From contig CBDBNG010000001.1 of the NCBI GenBank assembly GCA_965207995.1, forward strand, positions 89,954 to 153,953: 64,000 bases of DNA, read 5' to 3'. The DNA is from Dehalococcoidia bacterium (GTDB taxonomy: Bacteria > Chloroflexota > Dehalococcoidia > SHYB01). Both the position numbers and the translations under genes were made by a program. Numbering within the stretch: position 1 is the stretch's first letter; each line of letters opens with the position of its first letter. Positions 58,010 through 64,000 of the stretch are shown piece by piece. A model generated the notes under the pieces. The model searched no databases. It saw only the letters and a program-made list of their open reading frames with translations, and had not been told where the DNA came from.

Positions 58010-59853
58010 GACCGTTTCGCCTCTCGCGCGATGCGCCGCTGCTTGGCGCGGTAGAGCTGCACGGCGGTGTTGATGACCGCCATGTGGGTGAAGGCCTGGG
58101 GGAAGTTGCCCAAGGCCTCGCCGTCCACGGGGCCGATCTCCTCGCTGAAGAGGCCGACGTCGTTGGCGTAACCGAAGAGACTGTTCATCATGGCCTCGGC
58201 GCGGTCGAGCTCGTCCAGATAGATCAGGTTGTCGACGAGCCAGAAGGAGCAGAGGGTGAAGGTGCCCTCGTGGCCGGAGAGGCCGTCGTCGAAGTCCTTG
58301 TAGCGGTAGACCAAACCCTCCGGCGACGTCAGGCCCCGCTCGATCTGCTCGATGGTGGAGCGCATGCGCGGGTCGGACGCCTTGATGAAGCCGACGAGGG
58401 GCAGCATGAGCACCGAGGCGTCGAGGTTGGCGCTGCCGTAGGACTGCACGAACGCGCCGGCCTGTTCGTCATAGCCGTGGCGCAGCACGTCCTCCTTGAT
58501 CTCCTCGCGGACTGCCTTCCACCGTTCGATCTCGACATCGTCGTCCCAACCGATCGCGTCGGCGGCGCGGATGGCGCGGTCGAGGGCGACCCAGCACATG
58601 ACCTTGGAGAAGACGAAGTGCTTCCGTCCGCCGCGCGTCTCCCAGATGCCCTCGTCGGGCTCGCGCCAGGACTCCATGACGAACTCGACGAGGTCGCGGC
58701 AGAACTGCCAGTATTCGTCGTCAAACTCGCCGCAGTACTTCCGGTAGAGGTGGGCGGAGTCGAGGACTTCGCCGTAGATGTCGAGCTGGAGCTGGGTGTG
58801 CGCGCCGTTGCCGATGCGGACGGGACGCGAGCCGCGGTAGCCTTCGAGGTGGTCGAGGGAGAACTCGGCGAGGCGGCGCTCCCCGGCCAGACCGTACATG
58901 ATCTGCAGGTCCTGGGCGCGGCCCGCGGTGGCCCGCTTGAGCCAGCGCTTGAACGCGTCGGCCTCGTCGACGAATCCCACGAGGTTCAGGGCGTAGAGCG
59001 CGAACGTGGCGTCGCGGATCCAGGTGTAGCGGTAGTCCCAGTTGCGCTCGCCCCCGACCTCCTCGGGCAGCGACGTCGTCGCCGCGGCGACGATCCCGCC
59101 GGTCGGGGCGTAGGTCAGCGCCTTCAGGGTGAGGGCGCTCCGAAGCACCTGTTCCTGGTAGAGCCCCTTGTAGTTGAAGGCCTTGCTCCAGTCGCTCCAA
59201 TAGGCCTTCGCCGCCTCCAGCAGCCCCTCCAGCCCGTCGTACATGAAGTGCTCACTGGAATACTCCTGCCGCCAGGAGTAATGGGCGGCGAACTCCGCGC
59301 TCTCGCCTTCCTTCAGGCTGCATATCGTGCGAAAGGTGTTGTCGTCGAGTGTCACCGGCGTCGCGCTGAGGAAGGCCAGGGCGTCGATGCCGCCGTGGGC
59401 GTAACCGACGTTCGGCTCCACCAGCGACGTGTGCGGCACGACCGCGCCGTACTGGAACCGTGGCTGGCAGACCACTTCGAGGTCGACCATGCCCCGCTCG
59501 CACCTGACGACGCGGCAGATCCCCTGGTTCTCGAAGACCTCGTTGGGGTGCCCCTCGGTCATGGGATTGACCGGCATGAAGTCGTGGAGGACGGCCGTCC
59601 CGGAGGCGGTCTCGAACGTCGTCTCCAGCACCATCGTCTCGGGGAGGTAGCGCCGCGACGCGGTGTACTCCGACGTGGGCGCGATCGAGAAGTAACCACC
59701 CTTCGCGGCGTCGAGGAGGCGGCCGAAAACCGAGCCGCTATCGAAGCGTGGGAAGCAGGCCCAATCGACGGACCCCATGCGCGAGACGAGCGCGCAGGAG
59801 TGCGTATCGCCGATGAGGGCGTAGTCGCGGATGTCGGGGTAGTCGCCGCTCAT
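58006..59853 (-). CDS. Glycoside hydrolase family 15 (trehalase/glucoamylase-like)
   Basis: AATTSLPE, RNWDYRYTWIRD, PDEGIWE, LFSEE, GNFPQAFTH. Confidence 0.93.
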   Translation of the reverse strand: MSGDYPDIRDYALIGDTHSCALVSRMGSVDWACFPRFDSGSVFGRLLDAAKGGYFSIAPTSEYTASRRYLPETMVLETTFETASGTAVLHDFMPVNPMTEGHPNEVFENQGICRVVRCERGMVDLEVVCQPRFQYGAVVPHTSLVEPNVGYAHGGIDALAFLSATPVTLDDNTFRTICSLKEGESAEFAAHYSWRQEYSSEHFMYDGLEGLLEAAKAYWSDWSKAFNYKGLYQEQVLRSALTLKALTYAPTGGIVAAATTSLPEEVGGERNWDYRYTWIRDATFALYALNLVGFVDEADAFKRWLKRATAGRAQDLQIMYGLAGERRLAEFSLDHLEGYRGSRPVRIGNGAHTQLQLDIYGEVLDSAHLYRKYCGEFDDEYWQFCRDLVEFVMESWREPDEGIWETRGGRKHFVFSKVMCWVALDRAIRAADAIGWDDDVEIERWKAVREEIKEDVLRHGYDEQAGAFVQSYGSANLDASVLMLPLVGFIKASDPRMRSTIEQIERGLTSPEGLVYRYKDFDDGLSGHEGTFTLCSFWLVDNLIYLDELDRAEAMMNSLFGYANDVGLFSEEIGPVDGEALGNFPQAFTHMAVINTAVQLYRAKQRRIAREAKRS

Positions 59854-60567
59854 ACCGGGATGTTCCGCAAGTCGGCGGCGGCATCTTGGGTCAGGAACCA
59901 GTGCAGCGAGCCCTTCGTCGGCGACACAAGCCCCGCGGGGATGTCGGGGCCGCGCAGGCCCGGCTCTATGGCACGTTGCACCATCGCCGCCTTGGCCTCG
60001 CCGGTCGCAAGAAGGGCGACCCGCCGGGCCGCATTGATCAGCGGCAGGGTGAAGGTGACCCGCGCCGGCCCCGAGCCTTCCATGTGGCACGCGGTCACCA
60101 GCTTGGCGCGCTCGCGGACGGCGGGGTCGCCGGGGAAGAGCGAGGCGGTGTGCCCGTCCTCGCCGATGCCGAGCAGCACGAGGTCGAAGGCGGGCTTGCT
60201 GCCGCCGAGCAGGCCGCGGATGGCGTCCTCATAACGTCGGGCGGCGACTGGGGCGGGGTGCTCCGTCTGGACCCGGCGGACGTTTCCGATGGGGATGGCG
60301 GCCTTGTTGAGCAACGTCTCCTTGGCCATGCCGAAGTTGCTATCGGCGTGATCGGGCCGGACGCTTCGTTCGTCGCTCCAGAAGACGTGCCAGTTCGGCC
60401 AGTCCTGTTCGCTTTCTGCGAGCAGCTCGTAGAGCCGGCGCGGGCTCGACCCGCCGGAGAGGGCGATGACGAACCGACCCCGCTTGCGGATGGACTGCTC
60501 AGCGGCGGAGGCGACGAAGGCGGCGGCCCCCTGCGCCAGTTCCTCCGCGTCGGGGAAGAGGTGGATG

Positions 60568-60575
<8 letters not shown>
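59850..60575 (-). CDS. pgl: 6-phosphogluconolactonase
   Basis: LSGGSSP, FWSDER, LGIGEDGHTASLFP. Confidence 0.94.
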
Positions 60576-62028
<1,453 letters not shown>

Positions 62029-62029
62029 G

Positions 62030-62944
62030 CTAGCCCTTCTCGGCCGCCTTGACGGCGTGGCCGCCGAACTTGTTCCGCATGGCGGCGAGCACGCGGTCGG
62101 CGTAGGAGTTCTCCTGACGCGACCGGAAGCGCTCGTAGAGCGACTGCGTGAGAACGGGCGCGGGGACGCCGAGGTCGGCGGCCTCACGCACCGTCCATCG
62201 CCCCTCGCCGGAGTCTTCGACGTAAGCGGCGATGTCGGCAAGCTCCGGGTCTTCGGCGAGCGCCTCGGCGGTGAGGTCGAGCAGCCAGGAGCGCACCACG
62301 CTGCCGAAGCGCCAGATCTGGGCGATCTTATCGACTTCGAGGCCGAACTCCTCCTTGGCCTTCAGCATCTGGAAGCCCTCGGCGTATGCCTGCATCAGGC
62401 CGTACTCGACGCCGTTGTGGACCATCTTGGTGAAGTGACCCGCGCCGGCGGGGCCGACCCGCCCGTAGCCGGTGGTCGGCGACGGGGCCAGGGTCTGGAA
62501 GATCGGTTCGAGGCGGGTGAAGGTCTCGGCGGGGCCGCCGACCATGAGCGAGTAGCCGCCTTCGAGCCCCCAGATGCCGCCGCTGGTGCCCGAATCGAGG
62601 AAGTCGATGCCCCGTTCGGATAGCTCGGCGGCCCGCCGCATGCTGTCGCGGTAGTCGGCGTTGCCGCCGTCGATGACGGCGTCGCCGGGGGAGAGCGCGT
62701 CCGCGAGCGTGGCGATGATCCGCTCGGTGACGTCGCCGGCGGGGGCCATGACCCACACGGCGCGCGGCGCCGCAAGCTTGGAGACGAGGTCTTCCAGGGA
62801 GTCGGCGGCCTGGGCGCCTCGTTCGCGGGCGGCGTCGACGGCCTTGGGGTCGAGGTCGAAGACGGTGACGTGGTGGCCGCCGCTAAGGAGGCGCGCCGTC
62901 ATGGCGCCGCCCATGCGTCCGAGGCCGACCATTCCGAGTTCCAT
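62030..62944 (-). CDS. gnd: 6-phosphogluconate dehydrogenase (short form)
   Basis: GLGRMG, IDGGN, SGTSGG, KMVHNGVEYG, DSGEGRWT. Confidence 0.95.
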   Translation of the reverse strand: MELGMVGLGRMGGAMTARLLSGGHHVTVFDLDPKAVDAARERGAQAADSLEDLVSKLAAPRAVWVMAPAGDVTERIIATLADALSPGDAVIDGGNADYRDSMRRAAELSERGIDFLDSGTSGGIWGLEGGYSLMVGGPAETFTRLEPIFQTLAPSPTTGYGRVGPAGAGHFTKMVHNGVEYGLMQAYAEGFQMLKAKEEFGLEVDKIAQIWRFGSVVRSWLLDLTAEALAEDPELADIAAYVEDSGEGRWTVREAADLGVPAPVLTQSLYERFRSRQENSYADRVLAAMRNKFGGHAVKAAEKG

Positions 62945-62981
62945 GACGTCCGCCTTTCTCCGGCGGGTGGAGTCCCGCCAC

Positions 62982-63998
62982 TTAGACCGCGGCCGCGGGT
63001 GCGTCCTCGACGCGGGCGGCGCGGCGCCCCAGGTCGAGGAGCGCCTGCAGGTCGCCCACGGCCTGGGCCCTGACGAGCACGCCGAAGCTGTAGCCCTCGC
63101 CGGGGATGTCGAGGTCGTCCCCCTGCGGGGGTTCGTATTGTAGGAATATCCCGCTCGCCGGGCCGCCCTTGTGCAGCTGCCCCGTCGAGTGGAGGTAGCG
63201 GGGGCCGTAGCCGGCGGTGGTGGCGATCTTGTGGGTCTCGGCGATGCGGCGGCGGAGCGCGGCGACCGCCTCGTCGGTCTCGGCGGTCTGGGGGCCGTAA
63301 ACCTGGATTGCGGCGTAGTCGCCGGACTTGGCCTCCGCGAGCAGTGCGCCGGGCGCCGGCGTTTCCGGGGGATCGGGCAGCGCGCCGGTGTCGAGGTAGG
63401 CGTCGAGGATCCGCTTGGTCATGTCCTTGGCCTGCTGCACGTTGGGCTGGTCGAAGGGCTGGATGTTCAAGATGTGGCCGGCCACGGCGGCGGCGAGCTC
63501 CCAGCGGAAGAACTCCGCGCCGAGGTCGTAGGCGTCGTTGAGGTGGAGGCGCAGAACGGGGTGGCCTGCTTTGACGAGCGCGTTCGCGGCCTCGTCGAGG
63601 TCGCGGTTGTCCTGGCCCTGCAGGCGCGGGTAGACGAAGAGCCGGTCGTCGCCGTAGGCGGCGGGGTCGAGGAGGGGTTCGCCGTCGACGGGGACGATGC
63701 CGGCGCCGTCCTTGCCGGTGCTCTCCGCAAGCAGCTGCTCGACCCAGAGGCCGTAGCCTTCCAGTCCGGGTCCGGTGAGGAGCGTCAGCTTGTCGCGGCC
63801 CTGATGTGCGAGCGCGCCCATTGCCGCGCCGAGCAGCGCCGCCGGATTCTCGGCGGCGGGCGCGCCTGCGGTGTCGCGCATGCGGGCGGCCCGTCCCAGC
63901 AGCTCGCCGGGGTCGAGGCCCATCAGCGCCGCCGGAGCGAGGCCGAAATAGGAAAGCACGGAATAGCGGCCGCCGAAGTCGGCAGGGTTGGTGAAGAC
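62982..63998 (-). CDS. pgi: Glucose-6-phosphate isomerase domain (Tal-Pgi type; 5' end outside the window)
   Basis: GGRYS, EQLLAESTGK, PFDQPNVQ, GPRYLHSTGQLHKGG. Confidence 0.88.
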   Translation of the reverse strand, partial: VFTNPADFGGRYSVLSYFGLAPAALMGLDPGELLGRAARMRDTAGAPAAENPAALLGAAMGALAHQGRDKLTLLTGPGLEGYGLWVEQLLAESTGKDGAGIVPVDGEPLLDPAAYGDDRLFVYPRLQGQDNRDLDEAANALVKAGHPVLRLHLNDAYDLGAEFFRWELAAAVAGHILNIQPFDQPNVQQAKDMTKRILDAYLDTGALPDPPETPAPGALLAEAKSGDYAAIQVYGPQTAETDEAVAALRRRIAETHKIATTAGYGPRYLHSTGQLHKGGPASGIFLQYEPPQGDDLDIPGEGYSFGVLVRAQAVGDLQALLDLGRRAARVEDAPAAAV

Positions 63999-64000
63999 GC

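Overview
High-GC bacterial chromosome segment, most consistent with Chloroflexota/Dehalococcoidia (SAR202-like). This is inferred from the rplI-dnaB-dnaD-tandem dnaC block, two LLM oxidoreductases and AGAAC-N4-GTTC SOS boxes. Housekeeping genes: pepA, tRNA-His, tRNA-Arg(UCG), aconitase, ferredoxin, dnaB, rplI, msrA, purL, trxB, pgi-gnd-zwf-pgl. Accessory genes: APH kinase + acyl-CoA dehydrogenase, form II coxSLM-DE/G, ERG4/ERG24 sterol reductase, PTER-like hydrolase, epoxide hydrolase, CP-ATP-grasp/alpha-E/transglutaminase operon, one intact VapBC and one with a truncated toxin. Features the ORF track misses: (i) two near-consensus promoters with LexA-type boxes, each preceded by a GTAG-type REP and followed by about 230 nt of hairpin-rich sequence with no convincing gene, one of them a three-unit ~62-nt repeat with compensatory base changes; (ii) a UGSC selenoprotein split by an in-frame UGA with a SECIS-like hairpin; (iii) a histidine phosphatase that needs a CTG start; (iv) several leaderless genes; (v) two dispersed palindromic repeat families. 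All protein assignments are from motif recognition by eye; no database searches were run.
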